The position numbers and the translations under genes are program-made. The notes beneath the pieces were generated by a model, which was not told where the DNA came from, searched no databases, and saw only the letters and a program-made list of their open reading frames with translations. This document shows, piece by piece, positions 40,176-49,350 of a stretch of 64,000 nt of DNA. The first letter of the stretch is position 1. Each line of letters opens with the position of its first letter. The DNA comes from an uncultured delta proteobacterium (lineage in GTDB: Bacteria > Desulfobacterota > Binatia > DP-6), in assembly GCA_963815115.1 (NCBI GenBank), contig CAWFFN010000009.1, positions 1,120,001-1,184,000 on the forward strand, in the 5' to 3' direction.

Positions 40176-41573
40176 ATGATCGGACGCATCCTCATCGTCG
40201 ACGACGAGAAGGCGCTCCTCCTGGCGCTGCGCGGCCTGCTCTCGAGGGAGGGCTACCAGGTCGAGACGGCGACCAGCGGCGAGGAGGCGATCCGCCGCAT
40301 CGAGACCGGCATCTTCCACCTCGTGGTCACCGATCTCAGCATGAACGGGGTCAGCGGGATGGACGTCCTCGAGCGCGCCCGCGCCCTCGATCCCGACCTC
40401 GCCGTGATCATGATCACGGCCCACGGCTCGGAGAAGGCGGCCGTGCAGGCGATGAAGCTGGGCGCATCCGACTACATCCCGAAGCCGTTCGACAACGACG
40501 AGCTGCGGGTCGTCGTGCGCCGGGTGATGGAAGGCGTGCTCCTGCGCCGCGACCATCGCCGGCTCCTCGAGCAGGTGCACGGGACCTACAGCTTCGAGCG
40601 CATCGTCGGCACCAGCCCCTCGATGCACCGGCTCTTCGAGACCATCGACCGCATCGCCGACACCGACGTGACGGTGCTCATCCGGGGCGAGAGCGGGACC
40701 GGGAAGGAGCTGGTGGCCAACGCGCTGCACTACCGCGGCCCGCGCCGCGCGAAGCCGCTGGTGAAGACCAACTGCGCCGCGCTGTCGCGCGAGCTGGTCG
40801 AGAGCGAGCTCTTCGGGCACGAGCGCGGCGCCTTCACGGGCGCGATCGCGCGCCGGGAAGGGAAGTTCGAGGCGGCCGACGGCGGCACGCTGCTGCTCGA
40901 CGAGTGCGGCGACATGCCGCTCGAGACGCAGGCGAAGCTGCTGCGCGCCCTGCAGGAGAAGGAGTTCGAGCGGGTGGGCGGCAATCAGCCCATCCGGGTC
41001 GACGTGCGCGTCCTCGCCGCCACCAACCAGGACCTCGAGGCGGCGGTGCGCGCGGGGCGATTCCGCGAGGACCTCTACTACCGCCTGCGCGTCATCGAGC
41101 TGGTGATCCCGCCCCTGGCGGAGCGGCGCGAGGACATCCCGCTCCTGATCGATCACCTGTTGAAGGACGCGGCCGGGCGCTTCGGGCGCGAGGTGAAGCC
41201 GCTCACCGCGGACGCGCTGCGTGCCTGCGTCGCCCACGAGTGGAAGGGCAACGTGCGTGAGCTCAGATCGGCGGTCGAGCAGGCGCTGCTGCTCGCGCCC
41301 GGCCCGGAGATCACGCCCGCCGACCTCTTCGGCGCCGCCGTTCCCGGCGACGGTGACGGCGCCGAGGCGATGCCGGCGCTCGCGTCGGGGCTGCCGTTCC
41401 GCGAGGCCAAGGAGCGCGTCGTCGAGGCGTTCGAGCGCGATTTCCTCGTCCAGGCGCTCAGGCGTCACGGCGGCAACATCACCAAGGCGGCGGAGGAGGT
41501 CGGCATGTACCGCCAGAACTTCCAGCAGAAAATGCGCGAGCTCGGCATCACGGCCGACGACGCCGCCCGCTAG
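40176..41573 (+). CDS. Sigma54-dependent response regulator (NtrC family)
   Basis: Receiver ILIVDD; GESGTGKE, ESELFGHERGAFTGA, FREDLYYRL, WKGNVREL; Fis HTH. Confidence 0.95.
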   Translation: MIGRILIVDDEKALLLALRGLLSREGYQVETATSGEEAIRRIETGIFHLVVTDLSMNGVSGMDVLERARALDPDLAVIMITAHGSEKAAVQAMKLGASDYIPKPFDNDELRVVVRRVMEGVLLRRDHRRLLEQVHGTYSFERIVGTSPSMHRLFETIDRIADTDVTVLIRGESGTGKELVANALHYRGPRRAKPLVKTNCAALSRELVESELFGHERGAFTGAIARREGKFEAADGGTLLLDECGDMPLETQAKLLRALQEKEFERVGGNQPIRVDVRVLAATNQDLEAAVRAGRFREDLYYRLRVIELVIPPLAERREDIPLLIDHLLKDAAGRFGREVKPLTADALRACVAHEWKGNVRELRSAVEQALLLAPGPEITPADLFGAAVPGDGDGAEAMPALASGLPFREAKERVVEAFERDFLVQALRRHGGNITKAAEEVGMYRQNFQQKMRELGITADDAAR

Positions 41574-41873
41574 GAGAGCGACCCGAGACTCCGTCTCGGG
41601 TCGGGATGGAGAGCGAGAATGAGACTTGATGAACAGTGCGGCCGTCGTGCCGCGGCCGGCGAAGCCGGCGCGGCAGACGTTTCGGAGCGCGATGCTGTCG
41701 ATGAGACGGCACGCTTGCAGGCGACGCAGGACGGGCTGGCCCAGAGCTTCGGGCGTGCCACGTTTTGCCGCGCCGGCTTTGCCGGCCGCGGCACGGCCTC
41801 CGCCCGATCCATCGAAGGCCACACCCTCGCCTCCGCTTTCGACCCGAGACGGAGTCTCGGGTCGCGCTCCTAG
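41570..41873. mobile_element. 304-bp MITE/REPIN-like element, copy A
   Basis: CTAG-bounded ~34-bp terminal inverted repeats containing GACCCGAGAC-NNN-GTCTCGGGTC; internal IR pair. Confidence 0.8.
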
Positions 41874-41896
41874 CCGCCGCGCACAGGAGGGTCACG

Positions 41897-42622
41897 ATGC
41901 AACTCTTCGCTCGACTGTCGAATCTCGTCCGCGGGCTGGCCTCGCGCTGGCTCGGCGTCCGCGAGACGCGCAACCCCGGCGCAGTCTACGAGACCGCCAT
42001 CCGGGAGCGCGTCGTGCAGTATGCGAAGCTGCGCGAGGCGGCGGCAGGCGTCATCTACCTGCGCGGCAAGCTCGAGCGCGAGCTCGCGCAGCGAACCGAC
42101 GAGCTCACCCGGGTGCGCGCGCAGCTCGACCTGGCGGTCGACCGCGACGACGACCCGGCCGCGCTCGCGCTGATCGCGCGCCGGGAAGGGCTCGGGGCCG
42201 ACGTCGAGCGGCTCGGCGCCGACCTCGGCGAGCTCACCGCGGAGGCGGACGCCGCCAAGCGCAACCTGGTGACCTTCCAGGACGAGATCGTGCGCCTGCG
42301 CGAGGAGCGCATCCGCATGCTGGCGCGGCTCGCCAACGCGAAGGCGCGCCTCAAGCTGCACGAGACGCTCTCCGGACTCTCGCCGGAGGCCGACATCCAG
42401 GCGCTGGAGACCGTCCGGGAGCACGTGAACCGGCTCGTCGCCGAGGTCGCGCTGGTTCGCGAGGGGGCAGATCCCGAGCTCGAGCGGCGGCTGGGAAGCA
42501 TCCGCGACGCGGAGGCGGCGGTGGCGGCGCGCGCGCAGCTCGAGGAGCTCAAGCGCACGCGGCGGGCCGCGCTCGTCCCGCTCGCGCCGGCGCCGGTTCC
42601 GCTCGCCGCTCCGGCGCGCTGA
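41897..42622 (+). CDS. pspA: PspA/IM30 family protein
   Basis: MQLFARLSNLVRG..E.RNP.AVYE.AI, long coiled coil, AALALI; AGGAGG RBS. Confidence 0.8.
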   Translation: MQLFARLSNLVRGLASRWLGVRETRNPGAVYETAIRERVVQYAKLREAAAGVIYLRGKLERELAQRTDELTRVRAQLDLAVDRDDDPAALALIARREGLGADVERLGADLGELTAEADAAKRNLVTFQDEIVRLREERIRMLARLANAKARLKLHETLSGLSPEADIQALETVREHVNRLVAEVALVREGADPELERRLGSIRDAEAAVAARAQLEELKRTRRAALVPLAPAPVPLAAPAR

Positions 42623-42708
42623 GGGGGGGCCCGCGGGCCGCGTTCGCGCGCGGGTGTTCCGCCAGCAGACGTTGTCGCTCGTGGTCGTCCGCGCTACGGT
42701 TTGCCGCG

Positions 42709-43299
42709 ATGACGCTCGCGGCGCCGCTGACCCGGCTTCCCGCCACGCAGGATGAGTTCGAGATGTGGTGCGCGAACCTCGACGGGTCCGAGATCGGGCG
42801 CTTCGAGTTCCTCTACGGCTGCGTCGTCGCAGAGCCGCCGGCGCACTGGCCGCACGGGAAACTCGACGCAGCGTTCGTGCATCGGCTGGCGTCCCGGGTC
42901 GAGGACCCCGGCCACGGCCTGGTGTTCGGGTCGAGCCAGGGCTTCGCGCTTCCGTCCGGCGACACCGTCGAGCCCGACGTGGCCGTCGTCCTGCGCGAGA
43001 CCTGGGACGCGGCGCCTCCGCCGACGCCCGGTCGCTTTCTCACCGTCGTTCCCGACCTGGTCGTCGAGGTGCTCTGCCCCTCCACCGCCGGGCGCGACCG
43101 GGGCCCGAAGCGTGACATCTACGAGCGGAACGGGGTGCGCGAGTACTGGCTGGTGGATCCCCGCCGGGGTGAGATCACCATCCTCGTCCGGGGCGTCGAT
43201 GGCCGGTTCGGTTCGGAGCACACGGTGGCCGGCGATGAGCCGGCGCGATCCACCCTGCTCGCCGGCTTCAGTGTCTGCCCGTCCGAGATCTTTCCGTAG
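42709..43299 (+). CDS. Uma2-family endonuclease
   Basis: EPDVAV, PDLVVEVL.PST..RD...K..IY..GVREYWLVDP. Confidence 0.9.
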   Translation: MTLAAPLTRLPATQDEFEMWCANLDGSEIGRFEFLYGCVVAEPPAHWPHGKLDAAFVHRLASRVEDPGHGLVFGSSQGFALPSGDTVEPDVAVVLRETWDAAPPPTPGRFLTVVPDLVVEVLCPSTAGRDRGPKRDIYERNGVREYWLVDPRRGEITILVRGVDGRFGSEHTVAGDEPARSTLLAGFSVCPSEIFP

Positions 43300-43317
43300 C
43301 TGCCCCGACGCAGGCCG

Positions 43318-43953
43318 TCAGAGATTCGTCCGGTAGTCCTCGGCGATCATCTGGTCGATCGCCTGCGCCAGCGGCTCGGTCGCCTCCTTCTCCGGAGCGA
43401 GCTTGGGCGCGAGCATGCGGCCGAACGACACCTGCACCGGCGCCCAGGTCTCCGGCTTCCACAGGCGCGCGCGCAGGAACGCCTTCGCGCAGTGGAAGAA
43501 GGACTCCTCGACCGTGACACGGATCGCGAGCAGCGCAGGCTTGCCGCGTGCCGGGAGGCGCTCGAGGACCGCCGGATCGCGCGTGAGTTCGGCCGTGCCG
43601 TTCACGCGGAGCGTCTCGCCTGTCCCGGGGATCATGAAGAGCACGCCGACGCGCGGGTTGGCGAGGATGTTCTGCAGGCCGAAGACGAGCTTGTTGCCGG
43701 TGCGGTCCGGGATGAGCAGGGTGCGGTCGTCGTCGACAGCCACGAAGCCCGGCTCGTCGCCCTTCGGCGACACGTCCGCGTGGCCCTCGTGATCTGACGT
43801 CGCGAGCACGAGGAAAGGCGACCGGGCGATGAACGCGCGCGCGTGCTCGTCGAGCGCGGTGCCGAGCTTGACCGCGACCGCCGGGCTCGACTCGCCCACG
43901 AGCGCGCGCAACTCCTCGACGGTACCGATGCGATGGGGATCGGGTGACGGCAT
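43318..43953 (-). CDS. Pyridoxamine 5'-phosphate oxidase-like FMN-binding protein (MSMEG_1061 type)
   Basis: DVSPKGD.PGFV, PDRTGN, ETLRVNG, FFHCAKA. Confidence 0.9.
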   Translation of the reverse strand: MPSPDPHRIGTVEELRALVGESSPAVAVKLGTALDEHARAFIARSPFLVLATSDHEGHADVSPKGDEPGFVAVDDDRTLLIPDRTGNKLVFGLQNILANPRVGVLFMIPGTGETLRVNGTAELTRDPAVLERLPARGKPALLAIRVTVEESFFHCAKAFLRARLWKPETWAPVQVSFGRMLAPKLAPEKEATEPLAQAIDQMIAEDYRTNL

Positions 43954-44028
43954 GGTACCCCTCATACCGCGGCCGGCGGGCGGGGTGAAAGCGCGCCGGC
44001 GACGATGTCGTCCGGGGTGTGCTCGCGG

Positions 44029-45501
44029 CTACCGCCGCGGCGCCGGCGTCGTCTCCGCCTCGAGCGCCACGATGCGCGGCTCGCCGTCGCGCCGGGCGAT
44101 CTGCCACGTCGCCACGCCCTGACGCCGCACCGGCCGCCCGCGCTGGTCGTGGGTGTTCAGCTGGAAGGACACCCGCACCGTCACCCGGTCACCGGCCGGC
44201 TTGGCCTCGACCTCGGGAGCCGGGGTGACCAGCGCGCCGCCGCCCAGCGGATCGACGTTCAGGACATCACCGGTCGGCACCGCCTCGGGCGCGAACAGCG
44301 CTCGGACCCCGTCGCGATCGCGCGCCTCGTAGGCGCGCCAGAAGCGGTCGACGAGCGCGAGCGCCTCGCTCGCCGAGGGCGGGGCCTCCACGGACTTGGC
44401 GCTCAGGGGCGCGGCCTCGGGCCCGGGGATGGCCGGCGGAGGTGACGCGACGGGAGGCGGCGGGGGCACGGTGGGTGCCGTCGTCGGTGGCGCCGGGGGC
44501 ACGGGTGCGGGCGGCGGCGGCGAGCGCCAGGGGCGGATCGCCAGGAGCGCCAGCGCGCTCGCCGCCGCGACGCCGGCCGCGGCGAACGCGATCCGGCGCC
44601 GGCCGGCCGCGACCTGCGGCGCGGCTTCGCCGGCCGGCTCGATCTCGATCGGCTCCGCCGGGGGCCGGGGCATCGGCGTCCCCTCCGGGCGATGGAGCGG
44701 GGCGTAGTCGGCCCACACGGTGTCGATCGTCGACCGGCCGATGGGGCGCTGTCCGTCCGCGAAGGCCGCCACCAGCGCGGCCTCGCAGAGGACGTTGATG
44801 ATCCGCGGGATGCCGCCGCTGAGCGCGGCCACGCGGGCCAGCGCCTCGGGGGTGAACAGGTCCAGGTCCTGCGCCTGTGCGTGCGCCAGCCGCGCGCGCA
44901 CGTAGGACGCGACCTCGTCTGGCGGCAGGGGTCCCAGCCGGGCCGTGACCGCGACCCGGGCGCGGAGCGTCGCGTGCGCGCGGGATGCGAGCCGGGCCTC
45001 CAGCTCGGGCTGACCGGCGAGGACGACCTGCAACGCCGGGCGCCCTTCGGGCCCGGCGAGGTCGAGGAGCGCGGGCACGGCATCGAGGGTCTCGTCCTTC
45101 AGAGCCTGCGCCTCGTCGAAGAAGACGACCGAGTTGCCGCCGGCGTACGTGTGCTCGCGCAGGAACTCCGACAGCCGCTCCAGCAGGGCGTCGCGCCCCC
45201 CGCCCTGGACGGGCACCCCGAACTCGAGGAGCAGGTGGTCCAAGATCTCCTCGAAGCCGACCGTCGGGTGCATGACGAGCACGGAGTGCACCTCGGCGGG
45301 CAGCGAATCGAGGAGCTGGCGGACCAGCGTCGTCTTGCCGGTACCCACCTCGCCGACCAGCACGAGCAGGCCCGCGCGCTCGAGGATGCCGGTGGTGAGC
45401 GCCTGCAGCGCCGCCTCCACCGAGGTGCCGTGGTGGAGGAAGCGCGGATCGGGCGTGATGCGGAAGGGCGCCTCGCCCAGGCCGAAGAACGCCCGGTACA
45501 T
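44029..45501 (-). CDS. ExeA/GspA-type AAA ATPase, TM, Pro-rich linker, NTF2-like domain
   Basis: MY..FFGL...PF.ITPDP, GEVGTGKTT, FDEAQ, LAGQPEL, GIPRIINVLC; C-terminal LVDRFWRAYEARD. Confidence 0.88.
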   Translation of the reverse strand: MYRAFFGLGEAPFRITPDPRFLHHGTSVEAALQALTTGILERAGLLVLVGEVGTGKTTLVRQLLDSLPAEVHSVLVMHPTVGFEEILDHLLLEFGVPVQGGGRDALLERLSEFLREHTYAGGNSVVFFDEAQALKDETLDAVPALLDLAGPEGRPALQVVLAGQPELEARLASRAHATLRARVAVTARLGPLPPDEVASYVRARLAHAQAQDLDLFTPEALARVAALSGGIPRIINVLCEAALVAAFADGQRPIGRSTIDTVWADYAPLHRPEGTPMPRPPAEPIEIEPAGEAAPQVAAGRRRIAFAAAGVAAASALALLAIRPWRSPPPPAPVPPAPPTTAPTVPPPPPVASPPPAIPGPEAAPLSAKSVEAPPSASEALALVDRFWRAYEARDRDGVRALFAPEAVPTGDVLNVDPLGGGALVTPAPEVEAKPAGDRVTVRVSFQLNTHDQRGRPVRRQGVATWQIARRDGEPRIVALEAETTPAPRR

Positions 45502-45511
45502 CCTCGCGCTG

Positions 45512-46729
45512 CTAGAAGGTGCCCTCGAGACCGATCGTCGGGATCACCGTGTTGTTGCGCAGCCCCTCGTCGTTGAGGGCGTAGATGCCGTTCGCGAACA
45601 GCATGAGCCCGCGCCAGACGTTGGCGCGCAGCCCGAAGGAGAAGTCGAAGAAGTCCTTGCGCCCGAGGTCGATGCCGAGCAGCGGCAGCCGCTGGGTTCC
45701 GGTCGGCGTGAGGTAGAGAAAGTTCGTCTCCCCGGCCGGGACCGGCCGGTCGAGCTGGCTGCGTCCCAGGAACGCGAACACGAAGCCGAGACGGGGGATG
45801 ACGTCGACGTCGAAGCCGGCGCCGTAGCGGGCCTGGCTCTCCGTGCTGGACTGGGTGTTGAAGTCCAGTGCCGCGTTGACGAACGGCTCCAGCCGCGACC
45901 AGAGCACCGTCGAGGCGTAGAACGCCGGGGTGATCCAGAAGTCCCCGGTGCCCTGGAAGTCGTCCACGCGTCCGGTGGGGAAGCGGAACTGGAGGCCGAA
46001 CGCCGAGCGGAACCAGTCCCACTGCGGCAGCTCGTACTTGAAGCGCATGAGGAGGTCGCCCGCGCCGAAGGCGTCGCCGCTCGAGCGCCCCGTGACCGGA
46101 GGGCCGGTGTCGGGAGCGAACACCCCGTCGGGACCGGCGGTCTGGACCTGCTGCCGCGTCACGCCGACGTTGAGCGAGGTGGCGATGAGCGGCAGGAGCA
46201 GGTTCACGTCGAGGTTGTCGAGGATGCCGTAGGTGAAGCTGAAGGCGGCGATGTTGCTGTGCAGCCCGAGGCGGTACTGGAGGCGGTCGGCGGTGAAGCC
46301 GACCAGGTTGCCGCTCGAGTCCACCGTGCGCAGCACGATGGGGTTCCGCCCCTGCAGGTTCTGGATGCTCTGGCCGTCGAAGTCGTTGAACTCGACGTAC
46401 TGGTAGCTGACGTTGATGTTGAACTTCCCCTGGCCGAGCGTGTCGGGCCGCTCGAGGAAGATCGGGCCCAGCGTGTCCGAGCTGCGCTCGAACACCTCGA
46501 GGGTGGGATTGTACCGGTAGGTGAAGCCGGCCGAGGCGGAGATGACCGGGAGGTTGTTGGCCACGGAGCTCGCGATCGAGTCCGCGAGCGCGTTGAAGGC
46601 CGAGCCGGGGTTGATGCCGACGGACTGGGACGCCTGCGCGAGGTCGTCGCGCAGCGAGCGCGCTTCTGCCGCCCGCGCGACGGCGAGAGCGAGGACGATG
46701 GTGAGAAAGGCACGCAGCAGATGGCTCAC
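45512..46729 (-). CDS. Outer-membrane beta-barrel, paralog 3
   Basis: Signal AEA-RSL; FTYRYNPTLEVFERS..LGPIFLERPDTLG, GAGDLLMRFKY, PTGRVDDFQGTGD, C-terminal GLEGTF. Confidence 0.78.
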   Translation of the reverse strand: MSHLLRAFLTIVLALAVARAAEARSLRDDLAQASQSVGINPGSAFNALADSIASSVANNLPVISASAGFTYRYNPTLEVFERSSDTLGPIFLERPDTLGQGKFNINVSYQYVEFNDFDGQSIQNLQGRNPIVLRTVDSSGNLVGFTADRLQYRLGLHSNIAAFSFTYGILDNLDVNLLLPLIATSLNVGVTRQQVQTAGPDGVFAPDTGPPVTGRSSGDAFGAGDLLMRFKYELPQWDWFRSAFGLQFRFPTGRVDDFQGTGDFWITPAFYASTVLWSRLEPFVNAALDFNTQSSTESQARYGAGFDVDVIPRLGFVFAFLGRSQLDRPVPAGETNFLYLTPTGTQRLPLLGIDLGRKDFFDFSFGLRANVWRGLMLFANGIYALNDEGLRNNTVIPTIGLEGTF

Positions 46730-46758
46730 GGAACCCCCCCCTTCGGCGCCCGACGGCG

Positions 46759-47865
46759 CTACCGCTGGAAGACCGAGAAGGTCCTCTGCAGGTTTTTCAC
46801 GTCGCGTTTAAGCGCTTTCGTGCCCGTGAGCAAGATGCGTCCGTTGCGCCGCAGCTCGCGGGCCGCGTCCGGCGTCAGGTCGCCGTGCCGGCGCCCGGCC
46901 GAGAGGCGGCCCAGGAAGTCCAGCACGTGCGCGGGCGCCGCCCGCACGTAGAGGAGCGCGACCCGGCCGCGCTGCTGTGCAATTGTGTCCACCGCGAGCC
47001 GGACGCCGCGGACCGGCCGCACCAGGCCCTGCGGCTGTCCGGCGTCCGGCGTGCGACCGGCCAGGACGCTGGCCGCGCCGTCGAGATCGGCGGCCACCGC
47101 GCCGAGGTCGTCGTCGAGACGGCTGCCGGTATCGCCGCCCACCTGCGCCTCGTCGGCCATGTAGGCGAGAAGGCGATCGACGCCGGCGCGCAGGTCGATC
47201 GCGTGCCGGTACGACGGGACGAGCGGGCTGCAGCCGCTCGGGTCGTCCACGGCGTCATGGGCGCAGGCGCCCGCGCGGCACCGGTCGACGGTGCACGGGT
47301 TCTGATCCTCGCTGCAGGCGGTCAGCTCGAAGGAGGCGGAGTCGCTGACGCAACCCTGTGCATCGGCACCGCGACCCGGCAGGCATTGCGTCTGCACGCA
47401 CTCGTTCGCGGTGGCACAGCGGTCGTCGACCGGGTCGTGGACGCAGGTGCCGCCGTCGCAGAAGTCGTCGGTGCAGGCGGCGCCGTCGTTGCAGTCGAGC
47501 GGGACCCCGGCGCACGTCCCGTCGCTGCAGCGATCGCCGATCGTGCAGGGGTCGTCATCGTCGCACGACTCGCCGCCTTCGTGCTCGCAGACGCCCAGGT
47601 CGCAGGTGTCGTTCGTGCAGGCGTCACCGTCGTCGCACTGGTCATTGTCCTCACAGGGGACGCAGCCGTCGAGTGCCACGTTCGTGCAGAGGCTGGTGCC
47701 CGGGTCACACGCGTCGTCAGTGCACTCGTTGCCGTCATCGCACACGACGAAGGATTCGGGCGAACCGGGCGTGCAGGTTTCCTGTGCCCGTGCCTGCCGG
47801 CCGAGGACGACTGCCGAGATCAGTGCCAAGATCAGCACGGGGAGGACCGTGCACCGCCGGATCAC
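46759..47865 (-). CDS. Secreted Cys-rich repeat protein (CDDGNxCTxDxC) with helical C-terminal domain
   Basis: Signal ARA-QE; CDDGNECTDDAC, CDDGDACTNDTC, CDDDDPCTIGDRC, CNDGAACTDDFC. Confidence 0.8.
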   Translation of the reverse strand: MIRRCTVLPVLILALISAVVLGRQARAQETCTPGSPESFVVCDDGNECTDDACDPGTSLCTNVALDGCVPCEDNDQCDDGDACTNDTCDLGVCEHEGGESCDDDDPCTIGDRCSDGTCAGVPLDCNDGAACTDDFCDGGTCVHDPVDDRCATANECVQTQCLPGRGADAQGCVSDSASFELTACSEDQNPCTVDRCRAGACAHDAVDDPSGCSPLVPSYRHAIDLRAGVDRLLAYMADEAQVGGDTGSRLDDDLGAVAADLDGAASVLAGRTPDAGQPQGLVRPVRGVRLAVDTIAQQRGRVALLYVRAAPAHVLDFLGRLSAGRRHGDLTPDAARELRRNGRILLTGTKALKRDVKNLQRTFSVFQR

Positions 47866-47996
47866 GCGCGAGACTATACCCAGGCCCGGTCGGGAGGACC
47901 ACGGCTTCCCCGAACCGCGTGGCCTTGGCAGGTGCGCGGGCCGCCGGCGGGGTCGCCGTTGCGGTGCGTGACGGCTTGGGGGAAGCTCGTCGAGGG

Positions 47997-49343
47997 ATGC
48001 CCCCGCTCCGGGCTGTCGCTGCATGCGCCGCGCTCCTCGCGGCGGGAGGGGCGTCGGCGATCGCCGTGCCCGTGCGACTCGCGCAGGTCGCGCCGTCGGA
48101 GGGCCGCGGCGACTCCGGGCTCCGGGCGACGCCCGAGGCGCCGAAGCTGAAGCTTCGGGTCGGCGAGACCCAGACGTTCGCGGTCGGGAGTCCCGCCGCG
48201 GACGCCCGGGTCCGCTGGACGCTCGACGGCCGGACCGCGGCGACCGGCGCCCAGTGGACCTGGGTTCCGGCGGCCCCCGACGTCGGCTCGCACGTCGTGT
48301 CGCTCGACGTCGGAGGCGACTCCGGCGGCGCGACCCGTCGCTGGCTCGTGCGCGTCATCCCTCCGCACCTGCCGCGCGTGGCCGCCGCCATTCCGGCGGC
48401 GGACAGCGTGTCGGTGAGCGTCGACCAGCCGGTGTCGCTGCGCTTCGACGTGCGTCCGAGCGCTCCGGGAGAGACGGTCACCGTCGCGTGGACCGTCGAC
48501 GGCGCGCCGGCGGGGGAGGGTGACACGCTACGCCGGAGCTGGAGCGAGCCGGTGAACGCCCGGGCCCGGGCCATCGCGACGAGCAGCCTCGGCACGGCCG
48601 TGGGGCGCGAGTGGCGCATCATGGTGCGGGCGGTGGTGACGACGACCACCACGACCAGCACCTCGACGTTGCCGGTCGCGCAGACGGCGAAGAACGCGCG
48701 AGAGACGGCGGCCGCGAACACGGAGCCGTCCGGGCGGGCGGGGCGCGAGACGGCCCCGGAGGAGACGGAGCTCGGCGAGTTCGCCCCGCCACCGCGCGCC
48801 GAGACCCCACATCCCGAGGAGGCTCCGTCGCGGCCGCCGCCCACCCTGGAAGCCGCGGCGGCGCCGCCGTCGACGGCCGCACCCCCGCCTCCTCCTCCGC
48901 CGCCACCTCCGCCACCGCCCCCGCCACCTCCGCCACCGACGTTCCCGCCTTCGACGGCGCCTCCGCCACCGCCACCCCCTCCCGCAGCGGCCCCCCGAAC
49001 CCCCGCAGCGCCGGCGTCCGGGGCGGAGGACGAGGTGCGCCGCCTGCTCGATCGCTATGCCGCGGCCTGGCACAACCACGACGTCGGCGAGCTGCGTCGG
49101 ATCGGGCAGGTGACGACCGACGGCCAGGCCGCCGACCTCGAGCGCTACTTCGCCAAGGTGGAGGAGCTCGACGTGGAGGTCCACGTGGTCGACATCCGTC
49201 CCGAAGGCGACGGGGCGACCGTTCGATTCACGCGGCGCGACCGCTTTCGCGATCCGTCGGGGCGCCTCGTGACGCAGGAGTCGCCGACCATAGAGAAGCG
49301 CCTGGTGCGCGGTCCCGACGGGCTCCGGTTCTCGGGGCGCTGA
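47997..49343 (+). CDS. Secreted protein: two Ig/PKD-like domains, Thr/Pro stalk, NTF2/SnoaL-like domain
   Basis: VRWTLDG and VAWTVDG; poly-Pro; VRRLLDRYAAAW...ATVRFTRRDRFRD. Confidence 0.75.
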   Translation: MPPLRAVAACAALLAAGGASAIAVPVRLAQVAPSEGRGDSGLRATPEAPKLKLRVGETQTFAVGSPAADARVRWTLDGRTAATGAQWTWVPAAPDVGSHVVSLDVGGDSGGATRRWLVRVIPPHLPRVAAAIPAADSVSVSVDQPVSLRFDVRPSAPGETVTVAWTVDGAPAGEGDTLRRSWSEPVNARARAIATSSLGTAVGREWRIMVRAVVTTTTTTSTSTLPVAQTAKNARETAAANTEPSGRAGRETAPEETELGEFAPPPRAETPHPEEAPSRPPPTLEAAAAPPSTAAPPPPPPPPPPPPPPPPPPPTFPPSTAPPPPPPPPAAAPRTPAAPASGAEDEVRRLLDRYAAAWHNHDVGELRRIGQVTTDGQAADLERYFAKVEELDVEVHVVDIRPEGDGATVRFTRRDRFRDPSGRLVTQESPTIEKRLVRGPDGLRFSGR

Positions 49344-49350
49344 GGACGAC

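Noticed and set aside
36416-40195. Very long antisense or alternate-frame ORFs (also 8813-12346, 54146-57220, 54640-58524)
   Set aside because: Shadows of real high-GC genes; Arg/Ala/Pro-rich with no motifs except where they run into true genes
41570-41873. 84-aa ORFs on both strands of the 304-bp element (also 55777-56031)
   Set aside because: Starts and plus-strand frames are not conserved between copies; by-products of a GC-rich palindrome ending in TAG
48880-48985. CCG/CCT-rich tandem tract, and the ACG/ACC-rich tract at 24300-24520
   Set aside because: They encode poly-Pro and poly-Thr linkers; not CRISPR or non-coding arrays
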